A DNA stretch of 63,222 nucleotides, filler included, from Thraustochytrium aureum (taxonomy: Eukaryota): the NCBI GenBank assembly GCA_012862495.1. It is 6 parts of 4 records of this genome, joined end to end, with 100 filler letters (N's around TTAATTAATTAA, not from the genome) between each part and the next. Parts side by side here need not be neighbours in the genome. Positions count along the whole stretch, not along the records: positions 15,628 to 43,664 come from BLSG01000056.1; 5 more parts are not named here. One strand, given 5' to 3'. The translations under genes and the position numbers were made by a program. Numbering within the stretch: position 1 is the stretch's first letter; every line of letters starts with the position of its first letter. This document shows positions 22,101 to 37,100 of the stretch, piece after piece. The notes under the pieces were generated by a model. The model had not been told where the DNA came from. It saw only the letters and a list, made by a program, of their open reading frames with translations, and did no database searches.

Positions 22101-25100
22101 TGCCGGTCTGCCAGGGCGGTCTGCCAGCCGACTGGAGAGGCTCAGCTTTGAGGTGCGGATCGGCGAGTCTGGGCCAGCCACACGCATAGTTTGCCCCTGT
22201 CTCTGTCGCTCCCTCGTCGGCGTCAGCGTGGTCGATATCTTCGACGATTGATCAACTGGTGCTTTTGCCAGACCAGGCCGCAGTGCCCATCCCAGCCTTG
22301 ACCCTGGTGCACAACGGTGATGCAAGCGGAACTAGCATGCCTTCCCTCAGCGATCGCCCGATCTCGATCTCGCTCAGAGTGGCGCATGGCCGCTTGGGCT
22401 TCGACCTACATCATCTTGCCCACCTGGGCGTGTCGGCGCTATGGGGCAACGCGAGTGATCCAGACCCGTCCGGCCAACGCCTGCGACTCTGGGCCCCGAC
22501 GCGGGCGGAAATGAGTGCTGCGCTAACTCGTCTCTCCTACACGAGGCCGAATGTGAGGTGGTTTGGCGTGGACAACCTGTTTGTGGAATCGGTCGATCTT
22601 CTCCCGTGGTCCGGCGACCCGCTCGTTTCGATTCGCGCCGATCCTCCGCTTCTTAGCTTGTGGGACTTGTCGTGGCGACCGGGATACCTGCAGCTCCCAG
22701 TCAACGCATCGATGGATGGCGTACTCAGAGCCGAGCCAAGACATCACATCTCGCTTGCGCAGATGGAGCCAACGCCCGCGACAGTCACAGAGCGTGGTTT
22801 GGCGGATCTCAAGGTTGACGTTCACATCACTTCAAGGACCGGGACAATCTGGTTTGCAGGTGACAGGGAATACGCTCGAGGCGCGTTCAAGGCACCATCC
22901 GAAGGATCTCTCGCTCTGCTCGTTGCCCCGTTTCAAGGCGACGGGCAAGGCCCTCAAGGAACGTTTCGACTCGACGCGGGTCCGAAATCCTCAGACTCAA
23001 TCGACTGGGAGCAATCTACGGCGGAGCAGCTTAGCGCAGCGTTGGAGTATGTTGGCGCTCGCGTGCGCCGTGGCGTTCATGGTCTGGCGCGTGAGATCGT
23101 CTTGCTCGGCGATGGAGCGCGAGCTGAAGTGTGGGTCATCGACACGCCAGCAGAGATTATGGTGAGTGGGCTCACAGGGTCCGTCGCGAGCGACGTGATG
23201 GGGGTCTGGGCGACCCGGTCGGCCCGCAGCGTCATGTTTCCAAGCACACCATTTGCCTCTCTAGGCACGGGCCTTGGCGGTCTTGTGTTTCGTCCTTCTC
23301 AAGAGGCGGTCAACACGCGCGAGAGCCTTGAGATATCAATAACTCATGGTGGTGAGGTGCTCGCGAGCGGTGGCTTGGCATTCAATATTATGAGCCCTGA
23401 AGACGGTACCGTTGCAGAGGGTCTCAGTTTACTCGACAACGAAATCTCGCTCCTCAGTGGCGTCTCGCGACGTACGCTGAGTCTCTCAAAGCCTGAGCTA
23501 GCGCGGGGGCTGTTCACCATTGTCACAAACGACCCAGCCCGCGAAGCCCAGGCGCGCGTGTGGGTATCTGGCGGCGGCGGCGTTGGGCTTTCGCTTGGCT
23601 TCTGACCACGGCGTTTTCCCAACTGAAGGTGCCTTTGCGGTCGTTCAGCGGCCTCTGCTTTTGGAACCAGCTACGCACGTCGAAGCACGCGCAACTGCCA
23701 ACACCATAGCGTTTCGAGGGCCAATCTCTAGCCTGCAAGCTGCGCTAGACGAGATCGCACTCGTTCCAGAACCAGGCCGAGTGGCCTGGTGGGCTGTGCA
23801 GCCGCACGTTGACGCGATCAGCATCCGCCGCAACGCTGCACTAAGGCGTCGGCAGGTGTGGCTTCTCCAGACCAGTCTGCGAGGAGGCACCTTGAGCGGC
23901 GACTTTCAGCTTTCGCTCTTCACGCACGAATTGGACGACCAGGGCCGAGTCACGGATCAGGTGGCAGAGAGCACTGTGCCTATCGCTTTCAACGCGACCG
24001 CGGACAGCGTTCACGAGGCCTTTGTTTCCCTTAGCACATGGCCCGTGGGTATGGCGCTTCACGTGACCGAACCCTCTGTCGCTACGCTCCAGGGCGCGCG
24101 GGAGTGGGAGCTTTCGTTCTTTGAGCTGGAGTCGCGACCTGGAGCCGGGGAATCAAGCATTGGCTACCTTCACAGCCTTGATGTTAGCTCTTCATCGCTT
24201 TTGGGCTCAAACCCAGACGTTTTGCCCTCGGTTTCCGTGCATCGCGTATCTTCAAACGCTGCCGCAGACCTCGAAGATGTCATCGTCCGATGCGCAGTCG
24301 ACGGTCACTCAATCGAGTTTCCTGCTACAGGCAATGATACTGTTGCGCAGGCTTCTTTCGACGCCATCTCCTGGTCTTCGCCGGCCCCGTGGGTTGCCGT
24401 TGTTTCCAGCGCGGGGCAACAGCGTTGGACCGTTCGCTATGAACCCACCGGTGTGGCGCCTTTCGAGCCGCTTTTCTGTGAGCCCTCCTCTGCAGCGTTT
24501 GTGGTGGTCGCCGAGACTGTTGCGAATGGCGTCTCTGCTGCAGACCTCGAAATAAATCTTGAGATTGCGTCCAGCGGGAATGCCGAGGCGGCTTTGGCCT
24601 CTGGCAGCGTTGAGCTCAGCCTGACGCTCGGGCTCGGTTCTTTGAGCAACGGCATACTCAGCCTTCACGGCCCGGCAATCGCATCGCAACCCGTCGTTCT
24701 TTCGGGTTTGAGCCCAGAAGGCGGCCAATTCCTGGACGGGTTCTCCCTCAATTTACTCGCAAAGGACGATGCGCCAAACTTTAGCGTGACTTGCTCTGCA
24801 AAGGCAGAGCAAAACGCAGGATCTTGGGCGATTTCCTTCCCTGGAAGCCCCCCAGGGGCGCTCTTACGTGCGCCAAGCATTCATGAAGCAAACGAGGCGC
24901 TCAAGCAGCTTCGCGTCAAACCACTGGCAAGGGGCGTCGTGGATGTCGTGCACGTGGAGTGCTACCTGGCCAATTTCCCCGCCATTCGGTCGCAGGCCTC
25001 TGCTCAAGTCTTTGCTCAGAAGGCCAACTCATCGGTTGTCTCTCGCTTAGAGTTTGAGGGAGTCGTCGATATTGAGCTTGGCGCCGTTGAAGTCATCGAG

Positions 25101-28100
25101 TTGTCCACCATCCTGGCCGTCGGCACAGAGGGGCTGGCGCGCGATGCACTGGACCAGGAAGTCGAGCTCGAGGTGGCTTGCCAGGTCGGCGTGGTTACGT
25201 TCCGGGCCACAAACGACCCGAGCGCATTTCAAGGTGTCGCTCTAAGCAACCTCAGCGGGCGCCGGAGCGTTGGGATAAGCGGCAAGGTCAGGGATGTCGT
25301 CAGAGCTCTCGGCGAGGTCATCTACGCCCCCAGTGGTGGACCCTCCTCGAAGCACGATCTCATCACCTTTCACCTTGATGGCAGGATCGTTTCGCAGACG
25401 GGCGTGCGAATTAGCGGTGGCGATGATGCTTTTCTTCGCACAGAGTGTGACGCGCGCCGCGGGTGCGTCATCTCGGGCAAAGAAGACGAATCAATCGCGC
25501 TTGGAATCGCGAGGTTTGTCTCAAGGCAGGACCAGCGACTGTGTCCTTCTGGCTTGGTGCAAGTCGTTGCGTCGAGTAGCATTGGCAATGTCCGATCCAA
25601 CGCGAACGGCTCGCATGCGACGGAGGACGGCCACGCTGTTCGTTGGGATAGCATTCAGCTCGGCAAAGAGACTGACAGCGCCCTTCAATCTCTCGTCTAC
25701 GTCCCGAGTGCAGAGTGGCACGGCCGAGATACTATCACTGTTAGTGCCATGTGCCTTGCAACTGGCGGCAGCCTGGTTGGGGTTTCAGTCGACCTTGTCG
25801 TGGACGTTGATCCCGTTCCTGATCGGCCAGTGCTTACGTGGGCGAGTCCGCATTTCGGTGAAGAGGAGCTCAAGACTCTTTCCTTTGAGCTTTCCCCACT
25901 CGGACGCGTGGACCTTGGCGCGCAAGTCATCCTCGGAGATGTCGACGCGACACTCGAGAGCTGTCGCGCCAACAGCCCTGAGATCCTGCAGCTCGATGTT
26001 AGTCCTCAATTGGCAAGCTGCACGGCAACGTCGCAGGCGCCACTGTTGCTCGAGGCGACCCGTGGAATGGAGCTGGCTCTGTCAGTATTCGCGGTTGCGC
26101 ATCGTCGCTGGAAAACTTTCTCGCCACACTTTCACTGGAGGCCCCGCAGGGCGGATGGCTCTGGTTTGGCGAAGCGAGCATTCGTTTCTCCGTTGTCCGC
26201 GCGTTCGACCACAATGATGCCTGGCAGCCAAGCGCTTTGACGTTGAAACTGAGCGTGAACCGAGGTGGGAACGTCTCGGGCCCCACATTCGCGTAGGAGG
26301 AAATGCGACGCTTGGCAGAGGGCGGATCGAGGCTGCGTTGGGCTCTCGTGTGGGGCTCGCCCGCGCTGGGGACCTCCAAATCGCCCTCCCGCAAGTTTCC
26401 GACCGGTTAGCAAGCAGGTCTTTGTCAGTCTCTGTCTCGACGACAGTTGGCAAGCTTTGGTTGAATTCTACCGCGGCGGTGATTCTGGACATTGTGTCCC
26501 CTCAACGAATCGTTTTCCGTGCGTCGAGTGCGGCTACTGCAGGTGACGCTCTTGCCAGCATCGTCTACAGCGCAGTGCCTGCAAGCGGCCAGGAGGGCTC
26601 TCGCCTCGTGCAAGGTTTTGATGCCATCGATCACGTCGCGGTCAGCGTTCGGGTTCTCTGGACCCCACGGGCCACGATGGCGACGATTGGTGCGGATCCT
26701 GCAGAGATGCAGTTGCAGGTTGCGATCGTCGCAAAGCGCGGCCTGGCGACTCCCACGGTGCATCTGGACGTCGCTTCGCCCATAGAGCTGGCCGACGCAA
26801 AGGGCGCCTGGCCAGTCGCGGTTTCGCTCTCCGAGCCCAGCTCGCCGCTCAGCAAGTATCTTCGCGTCCTTCCTGAGGACCATTTCGAGCTCGACCTCGT
26901 GAGCTCGCAGGGATGTGCGTTCGAGCTTGTCGGCCTCGTCCCTGGGATCNNNNNNNNNNNNNNNNNNNNNNNNNNNNNNNNNNNNNNNNNNNNNNNNNNN
27001 NNNNNNNNNNNNNNNNNNNNNNNNNNNNNNNNNNNNNNNNNNNNNNNNNNNNNNNNNNNNNNNNTCTGGACGGCGGCGTCGCCGAGCGGGACACTCTCAC
27101 TGCGTGGCTCCCGCTCTTCTCTGAGCGCGGCTCTCGAGGGCAGGCGGGTTTTGTACAGGCCGTGCGGCTCACACCCAGGGGTTCTGTCTGGTGTTCTGCC
27201 AGACCAAATCACAATCCGAATTGCAGACCCCTATGCAAAGGAGATGGCAGAGCAGGTTGCCGTCTCGGTTGTTGGCGCACCGGAGGGGCCAGCTTGCGTT
27301 TTGTCTTATGTTCAGCTAAAGTGTGGCACGCTGCCACTGTCCACTCGAGAAGGTCAAGCAATCTTGCTTGGCTTGCACGTGCAGCTCGAGACCGACCGCC
27401 TGAATTCCGTGGTTGAGGTGAGCATCAAGTCTGTCGAGACGGCCGGTTCTGGCATTGGCAAGCTCTCCCGCGTTGGGGAGCTGGGTAGCGGAGATGCCCT
27501 CGTGTGGCGCACAACGTTGGCAAGCCTCGCGAGTGAGCTCGCTGGCGTGCGGTTCGCTGCCCTGCCAAACGCAAACGGCTGGGCGCACCTCGAAGTGTCG
27601 CTGCGTGAGGGTCCAGATTCGTCGTGCGATTCTTTGCAACTCGCCATCGACGTCCATGTCGAACAGGTGAACCAGCCGCCAACTGTGACTGCACTCGCGA
27701 TGATGCTTCATGGGGAGCCCTCTTGTACAATGCATGGTGTGGGGTCAAACTTTATTGTTGGCGATCCAGACGACGGGGACCGCTCAGGGCTGCTCTATGA
27801 GGTCAACATTACAGTGGACTCCGGGGCTCTGCGTGCAAACCGTGTTGCGGGCCTCTTGGTCAAGGAGCGCTCGGCTCAACGACTCTGCTTTCGTGGGCCT
27901 TTGGATATGCTCAACGCCGCACTTGCAAGAGTAGACTTTGTTGCTCCGCAAGGCTGGCTGGGAACTGCGACGCTAAAAGTTCAAGTGGACGACCTAGGCA
28001 GTTGCTGCGACGAGGAAGAGGGGGGTCTACGGGCGAGCGCCGCACTGCAAATCCTGGTAGAGGAGCTCGCTGCGGAGAAGCGGAGACTCGCAATCTGGGT

Positions 28101-31100
28101 CAACGAGCTCTCTGAAGAGATCGCTGACCCAGGCGCCTCGGTTTTGCTGCTCAGGGCTCCAGCAGCCTTGCATCTCAGCGACGGCGCCGTCAAAGGCAAC
28201 AAAGTCTACTCGCTGCAGGTGTCCACACTTGCGCAGGCAGACGCGGGCGGAAGGCTGGCGCTTGCAGCTGACGCCCTCACTCTGCAGACCGCTGACGTGG
28301 AGGTGATTCGCGAGGGAGAGGTTGCCTTTTCACTCCGCGGCACGCGCGATGCTCTCGCCTCGTTGCTTGGAAACGGCGGCCTCGTGTATCGTGCGCCGAA
28401 GGCTTGGTGCGGCTGGGATGAGGTTCGCATTCAAGTAAGGGAGAACAAAGGGCTCGGCGCCGCCGTGAACTTGCCGGTGAGAGTTGTGTGCCCGCAGCAT
28501 GGGCCAAAACTCAACATCAACCCACCGAGCAAGGTGCTCGCCGTTGAGGAGGACGAAAGTGTAATCGTCGGCAGCGCTGTGTCGGTGCTGGACGACGCTG
28601 CGCAGGCAAGTGGGTGTGTTGACCACAGCGACATGGTCAAGCTCGTTGTTTGGAGCACCAAGCGTAAAGGCCACTTTCGGATCGCGTCGGATCGCGCGCA
28701 GCCAGACAGCGCTGCGCAGTTCTCCGCCAACGACATCAACTTTGAGGCAAGTCTCGTTGGCTGCGCTAGCGCCGTCAGCGAGGCCTTGCAATCGCTCGAG
28801 TACCATCCAGGCAGGGACGAGAATGGCGAGGAGGAGCTTGTTTCTGAGGTGGCCCGGCTGGACAGACCCCCGAGCGATCGAGCTTCGCTGGCTGTTGTCG
28901 TTCACCCTGTTGAAGATGCGCCGCGGCTCGTCGGGCTTGGTGGAGCCTCGCCCCCGAATCGACTCGCAGAGGTGGATGAGGGCGCCACGGTCACCCTTCC
29001 GGCGCTTCAGGTCGTGCATCCGGACGCTCGGCTCGACGACGCCGTCCTGGTTACCGTTTCAACACTGCACGGAGCGATAACTTCGAGTTCGTTGGCCGGT
29101 GTCGAGTCCGTTCGGAGCGGTCGCGTGTTGTCGATTCGTGGTTCTCTTGAAGGCGTGAACAGGGCTCTTGGGACGCTCAGGTACACAGCAAAGCCAGGCT
29201 TTGCTGGAGCCGACAACGTCGCGCTCCGCACCTCACTGAACGATGGTTCGAAGGCGGGAGAAGCTCAACATTTCGTGGACGTAAAGGGGCAAAATTCTCC
29301 ACCAAGAGTGCAGGCACTTTCCAAGGCGAGCGCAGGCGTCGAGCCAATCGACGTCGGCGGGTTCCGCTCAGACGGCGCGCTCTCGCTGGCAGGTCTATTC
29401 GCTGTTGAAGACGCTGATGGGCGCAGCGGGCTGCTCGATGTCGAGATTCAAGCTCGCATAGACCGCTCCAAAGCCGAGGTCCAGCGCGTCGCTTTGGTTC
29501 AGCAATCGCCTCCGTTGGTGTATCACGTCATCCTTCCTCCAACGCCTCGCCTGCGGCCGCGCCTGCAAGCTTCACCTTGACAATGGGAAGTCGAGGCCCA
29601 ACTGCGCAAATTGACCGGGACGCGGTCGACGTACTCGAGCGCGAGGTCACGCCTGGGACTTCCATCCAATCCCGTTTGCGAGCAATATTTGAAGACGATC
29701 CGTCCGTCAGCGTCGAGGCTTGGCGCACGCGGGAAGGCCAGAACGGGATTCGCTGGGCCGTCACATTCCACAACGCGCCGCTTGATGTAGGCGAACTCCG
29801 AGTGGAGAGTGTGACTGACCCGAGCGACGCCGTCGAGCTTTCCGTCTCAAAGCAGAGCGGGCCAGTCGCGCTTTCCGGGACTTTCCGACTTGAATTTGCA
29901 GGACGGGCGACAAACGACATTCCGGCAGCAGCCTCGGCTGCCGAGCTCAAGTCTGCGCTTGAAGCGCTGCCAACAATTGACCTCGTCGATGTGGCTCTGG
30001 AGCCGGAGCAGCCCGGCGCGTTGACGGTGAGGGAGTGGCATGTTACCTTCTACCGCCCTTCTGGCGACGTTCCACTTCTAAAAGCCGGCAGGTCGGAGGT
30101 TTTCGCGCAAGAGCCTTCGACTTTCGGAATTGAAACGTCAGAGCTCGACAGGGGGTTCGGTGTGCCAGAGGTCTTTGAGCTCAAGACCTGGGCCGCCCAT
30201 GAGAACCAAGTCCAAAAGGTGCGCACGACTGCTACCACAGGGCCGCTCTCTGGAGGATTTCGCCTTGCCATAGACCTCTCAGGAATCGGTGGCCAATACG
30301 CCGAGACAACGCTCATCGACCACGCGGCGGTGCCTCGAGTCGCTGATGAGAGGGTTTCATATGAGCTCGAGTCCAAACCCGGGGCTTCAATGGAGTCCAA
30401 ACTCAACGCGATGCTCCAGGTCGCAGGCACGGGGCTTGCAGATCAGTGGCGAGACTTTCGCCTTGATGACTTTCGGGTAAGCGTCGAGAGAACTGACGAG
30501 GCCTGTGAGTACGCGTGTGTTAGCGTCCATGGCGCACGCACTCCAGAGAGACTCTGTTCTGAGGATGTCAACTGCGATGCCTGTGTAGGGCGGTGCGTAC
30601 GCTTTGCGCCAGGCGGCGCGCTGCTCGAAGGGCTTGCGATCTGCCTGCAAGATGCAGACTGCGATGTCGGCTCCTCGTGCAGCTTTGATGAGGGCTCCTG
30701 TCTCTCGAGTGGCTCTCCTTGCTCTGAGGAGGGGGTCGCCTCTTGTTCTGGTTCCGGGCAGTGCGAGGCAGAAAGTTGCCAAACTGACCCCGCCGGCGGA
30801 TTCACGTGGACTATTACGTTTTTGGGGGCTCCAGGCACGCTCCCGGCGCTAACAATTCCGGCCGGCGGCAACCAACTCGTTGCACCAAGTGAGGCGGTTG
30901 TCGCACTTAATCGCAACGTCAACATAGACGAGCCCAGCCTTGTACGGCCCGGTAACAGCGTTGGCGGCTCCTTTGTTCTCAGCGGCACAGGCAAGAGCCT
31001 TTCGAGGGACGCGAGCGCAGAGGAGGTCCAAGCTACACTCAAAGACGTTGGGGTAAACGCAGTCGTGGTAAGATCGCTGCCTGACCTCGAGGGCGGGTAC

Positions 31101-34100
31101 CGCTGGCTGCTGATCGTGCTTGACAGCCCTGGCAGTGTGCAGCTTGACGTCGGTGCCGAACATCTTACTGGGAGGGGCGTCCAGGCCCGGCTCAAGCCGG
31201 TCCTTGGCACCCGCTTTCCAGTTGACGGAAGGGGGCTGCCTTTCCGCACCGAGATCCGCCTGTCTCGCTCGACATTGCTGGCAATGCGGGCGTTCAGGTC
31301 CTTCAAGCTCAAGTAGCTGGCAACGTTGGTGCGCGTCACGTTGTCAAGCTCGTTGGAGCGGCAGACGATGTGAACGACCTCCTGGCCCGCGAAGGCGCCG
31401 TCAAACTCCGTACGGCTCTCGAACTACATGGCGCCGTGCGTGTCTCCCTGACCGTTCGTGACAGCGGTGGGTTGGAGAGTACTGTCTCACGAGCCGTATT
31501 GATACCCGCAAATCGCGCAATTCCTAGGCTGGACCTGAGCGGGGTGCCGATCCCCGTGGTCGAGGACGCCGAGACGCTCCTTTTCCCGGCGAACTCACTT
31601 GCTCAAGCCCGGGTCATAGGCAGAGGAGACCTCGCAGCGGCTTTGCAACTTTCCGCGAAGCACGGCTCGCTCAGGATCCCTCGCAGCAAGGAGCTCTTGT
31701 TCAGGAGCTCCCTAGCTGCAGGTGAGGTGGAAGCCTGGGACGTGCCGTCTCGCGAAATCGAGTTTCGCGGGACCGTTGAAGAGATCAATCGTGCTCTGCG
31801 GCTCGCTCGATTTGCTCCAGCGGCAAACTTTTCGGGCCTCGACGAAGTAGTTGTTCGAGTTGAGCCGTACATTTTGCGTACGGTGCTCGTGACCGTGCAC
31901 GGGGTTAACGACCCCCCGCTGCTTCGCATTTTGAGGGCACTCCTAGCCCGGAGGGCGACCTGGTTTACACAGAAGAAGACACCGAGCTCAGCATCCTCGC
32001 TGCCGCGGGTCTCGTCATTGGGGATGGAGACTCTGATGACGCTGTGGTGGAGCTCGTCGCGAGCGTCCGACATGGTGTCGTGAAGCTTCCGGCGGGCAGC
32101 TCTGTCCGCAGCGTGTTTTCCAGACAATCCGGCCCAGACTCTGGGGGGGCAGTGAAAATCCGAGGGACTGTTCGCGAGCTCAACGCAGCCGTCGTGCCCT
32201 CGTTACTCTACATTCCTGCACAGCACTTTTTCGGGGAGGATACCCTCGTCCTCTATTCGCGAGACGAGTCGCGATCGCATTCTGCCGCTGTGCGAATCAA
32301 GGTCTTGCCGGTGCCCGACGCCCCGCGCGTCTTCATCTCGCAGCGACTGCGTCAGATGCCTGAGGACTCTGTACTGCCGCTCTCCGGCCTAGTTGCAGTT
32401 ACGGATGAGGACTTGAAGTTACCAGGGCAGGTGCTCGAACAAGTCGTAGTGACTTCGGCTTTGCACCGCGACCTTCGCCAAGCTATTCGTCTCACTGCCG
32501 ATAGTGGCCCCGTCTCTGGCCGATTCAAACTGACCGTCAACTTCACCGCGTTGGGCGGGACGTTTGCCGAGTCTGGCTGGATTGACCACGCTGCCGTCGC
32601 CAGCGTTGCTGAAGAGACCACTTCGCACGCGCGCGGGACCGACCGCGGCGAGTCGATGCAAGCCAAGCTAGAAGCAATGCTTGCCGCAGCGTCGCAGGGA
32701 CTCGCCCAGCGATATCGGGGCTTTGCGGGCATTTCTGCGACAGTGACGCGGACGAATCAAGTGTGCTCGTATCAGTGTGCTGCTATGGCGAACCCAAGCC
32801 CTGAACCACTTTGCACGGTTGATTCGCATTGTGATATCTGCGTTGGCGTGTGTGAAAACTCGCCCCAGACGCGATGCGGGAGCGATGATGGCTGCACGAC
32901 GGGAGGGGCGTGCGTGTTTAGTAAAGGCGAGTGCTTGTCCTCGGGCTCCCCATGCCGCAGCAGCTCGATGGAGGGCGCAGGCGAATGTGCTGGTTCGGGC
33001 GAGTGCGTTGCGAGCGCCTGCGTGCCAGACGCGAGTGGAGGCTTCACATGGACGGTCGCATTTGGCGGCGCGCCGTGGGATATGCCTCTTGTGCGCGCTG
33101 GCGCGACGGAGCTGCACGCGGCGTCCAACCCCATGGTGCACACCGACCTCTTGATGCACCGCGAGCCAGCGATGGCACTCCAAGAAGCAAACAGGGTCGG
33201 CGGCGTATGGAGCCTTGCAGGTCTAGATTTCGCGTGGGATGCAACAGCAGAGCAAGTGGAAACGCAGTTGACCCAACGCGCCGTGAGCGGCTTGTTTGAT
33301 TGGAAGCAAAACCCGCGCAGTCCAGCCCTGGAAGAAGCCGTTGGGGCAGGCGTGCATGGCGGGTTTAGCGTCAGCCGGTCGCTCGCTGACCTCGAGGGCG
33401 GGTTTGCGTGGACCATTCGCTTTCACTCACCGCACCTTGCTGAGGCTAGTATGGACCACCTCGGAGCGGTTCTTCCGCTGTCTGCGGAGCAGCTCTCTGG
33501 CGTCGGTGCGCAAGCCAAGACCACGACGCGTTTGGTTCCTCACTCGTCCGACTCTGCCAAAGACGGGGACCTGCTCTCGCTCACGATTGAAGCCTCGATT
33601 GGCGAGCTCGAGGCTGAAGGTCAAGAATATGCAGGCTCGAGGACGTTTTCGATTGCGAACGTGACAGCTGCAGAGATCGATCACAGTCTGCGAGGGCTCG
33701 CCTTTCGGCCGCCCTTGAATTGGAACTCACTTGCAGGCCACGCCTTTGCCTCGCTTCGGGTGGACGTCTCGGACATGCAAATGCAGCAAGCGAGCGCGAC
33801 GATTTTCGTTGACGTCACTCCCGTGAACGATGCCCCAGTGCTCAAGGCCGCCGGGCAACTTCTGTCGCCCACAGAGACAGTGCAGGACATGCTCTCTGGT
33901 CGGGTGGTTGGCGTGGAAGGAATCCAAGTCGTGGAGGCGACCGAGACGGCTGTGAGGGGGCTCGCAGTGCGCGATGTTGATGCGGAGGAAGACGGGCACG
34001 GCCTTGTCGAGGTCGCTCTCGTCGCTTTCAATGGCACGGTGGCGGTATCCTCTGACCTTTTACTGGAGGACCTGCGCTTTGTTGGCGAGCGGCAGGACCG

Positions 34101-37100
34101 GTCGCGCAGAGGCAGCGGGAGAGTGGACTCGTTCGCGTCGAGCCTGTCTTTTCGCGCGCCTCTCAAAGTTGCGAATGCTGCGCTTGATAGCGTCGTTTTC
34201 CGAAGCGCACAGACGCGCGGGTCTCGTGGGCATGGGGCTCTTGTGGTTTCGGTAAACGACCTTGGCAACAGCGGCGCGAGTCCTCTTGGTGTGAACGGCC
34301 CAACGTGGCTGACGGACTCTCTGACGGTCCCAATCGAGATTTCGCCCTCGTCTGAGCAGCCCCAGCTTACTGTGGCTCGCGAGGTGCTCTCGTGCAAGCA
34401 AGGTGGCAGTATTCTGCTCCCAGCACCGCAACTCACGTTTCCGAACATTGATCACGCAAGCGAAACTGCTGCGCTCACGATTGGCGCACGACCAGGCTTT
34501 GTTTCGCTAAGGCAGCAAGTGCCTGGGGTTGCCGTGGAGTCTGCTTGGGGGAGCTCGGATCTTGTTCTAGGCGGTTCGCTGGAGTCTGTAATCTCCGCCC
34601 TCGCGGAGCTAGTGTATTCGCCTCCGCAACACTGGAACTCAAACTCCGCCTCGCCGGCGACCATCGGATTTGCGCTCGAAGCTCGCGGTGGGGCAATGAA
34701 GGCAGGTGCGTCAGTCTACGTGCACGTGGAGGGGGAAACAGCCCGCCCTTTGTAGTCGTGCCAGGCGCCACGGTGGAGTACGCAGGCTCGGGGCAGATGC
34801 GCACGACTGGCGTGGCCAGGCTCGAGGTCACCGAGGACACCGAGCTGCTCATCGACGGAATCAGCGTCGAGGACGAAGACGCCAAGAGCGAGGGCTCGAT
34901 CGAGCTTTGCTTCGTTACGCTGACGTGCTCACATTGCAAGATAGCCCTTGGCGATGTTGCGGGCGGAACGACGGCGGCCTCGACGGGCGCGTCTATCTCT
35001 TTCAGCAGCGACGAGCGATCCGTGGATGTCCGCGGGCGTCCCGATCGCGTCAACGCAGCGCTGCGCGTAGTTCGCTATACTGGCGTTCAGGACTGGCACG
35101 GGGACGACACAATTGCGATTGTCGCTCGAGACCGAGCTGGCGCGGAAGACATTGTTTCGATCCCGGTTCGAGTGCTGCCCGTGAACGACGTGCCGCAGTG
35201 GCGCCTCCCTCCCGGGCGAATTGAGATCGACGAGGACGGCTCAGCCGCGCTTGTGGGTTCGGCTCTCTGACGTGGATCTGGGCCAAGACGAGCTTGTTTT
35301 CGTCCAAATCTCTGCCTCTCTTGGCGAACTTGCTGTCCGTGGTGGCGCAAAACGAGGCGCTGAGCTGGAGTTCAATGCGACGCTTCGCAACCTCAACGAG
35401 GAGCTGGCCAGCCTTGTCTTCTCAGGAGCAGCGCACGATAATTCGCTCTTTGGGCAGCAGAGCCGAATCGACTTTGTTGCACACGATGGCGGAGGCCATG
35501 GGACTGGCGGGTTTAGGATTGCGGAGGCCACTATCGTTGTTCAGCCTCGTCGTGCTATCAACGACCCACCGCAAGTTTCTGTTCCTGGTGCGCGATACGC
35601 CAATGCGTCGACGTGTCAACGTGCGCGGGGACCCGCATACCCGCGGTCCCATCACGAGGTCAGTGCTTACTCTGTCTGTGGGGCCATTATTTCTGTCGAT
35701 GAGCTGGTTGGCGAAGAGGACTCTCCGCTCTCGATTCCGGGTGTGGCGATTAGCGACGTAGATCGAGCGGATAGGCGTCTGTTCCTCACACTTACAGTGT
35801 CTCACGGGTTGTTGTCACTCGCCGAGGCCTCGATCGAAGACCTCGGCAAGCTTAAGTGGACCAACGAGGGGGATGCGCGTAGGCCCATTGGGGCAGGTCT
35901 CCACTTTTCTTGCCTCCAGGTGGACTGCAACAAGGTTCTAGCCGCTCTCGAGTACGTCGGTGCGGAGAACTGGCATGGGCGCGATGAGCTCGTTGTGGTC
36001 GCGCAAGATGGCTTGGACTCAGACCTCGCAAAGCTGAGGATGCCCTTGGCAAAGGGCTTGCTGACCCAAGCGCGCGTCCCGATTCGGATCGAGCCCCGAC
36101 CAGACGCGCCGCAGATCATCGACGCACACAGGCGCACTGCAGTAACATCAGTTGCTGAGGACATCCCTGCTCTTTTGTTTCCCGGGGGAGATGGAGTGGG
36201 CGTCATTTCTGATCCCGATTCAACGCAGGGCGCTGTCTCTGAGAGACTCGTCGTTGTTGTGATGCGGGCCGAGCATGGTCTTCTCTCCCTCGCCGGTCGG
36301 CCGAACGCAGGGGGTCAGTCCGAATTAGGCTTGCACTTCTTGCCTGAAGTCGAAAGTCACTTTGACACTGGCCCAACTGGAGTAGCTCGGGTAGCTGGCC
36401 TCCCTCGAGGCAGAGCAATCGCGTTCCGGAGCACGCCAAGCCAAGCCAACGAGGCACTTCGGCTTGCGGAATACGTTTCGGGCCCACATTGGCACTCCGG
36501 TGGCGGAAATGGCCTTGACAGTGTTCATGTAGCAGTCTGCGATGCAACTGCTTTTGGCGGATTGGCGACTTTGGGTGTCGCGCTTGACGCGAGGCGCTTT
36601 GGCGGAGTTTTTATTGCCCGAGACGGGGCCTGCACTCTGCGGACGCTCCTCTTTGAGGTCTCGAGCCGAGACGACACGCCAACGCTAAGCGTCGGGTCAA
36701 AGCCCGCGGTGCCCTTTGTGACGGATGAAGACACTCCGGTTCGTCTAGCTGGACTCGAGTTGCGCACGCACGAGGACGGTGTCCTGAAGTTGAGCGTTCG
36801 AGCCCTCGCCGGTCGTATCGCCCTAGCCCAGGACCCAGAGCTGAGGCGCGCTCTGCTCGTCGACGACAGCGCCAGTGCCGAGACTTTGGAACTTGGAGTA
36901 CGTGGACCAGCCGAGGACCTGCGTGTAGCTCTGGAGAGAGGGCTTTTGCTCTACGTGCCGAACCGCGATTGGAGTGGTCTGGACACGGTCTTCCTCAGTG
37001 TGGAGGGGGGCCCGCAAAGCGGGAGCACCAAAATCTCGTTCAACATCCAAGTTCGCAGCGTGAACGATCCGCCGGAGATCATATTGAAGCGTGCAGCTGG

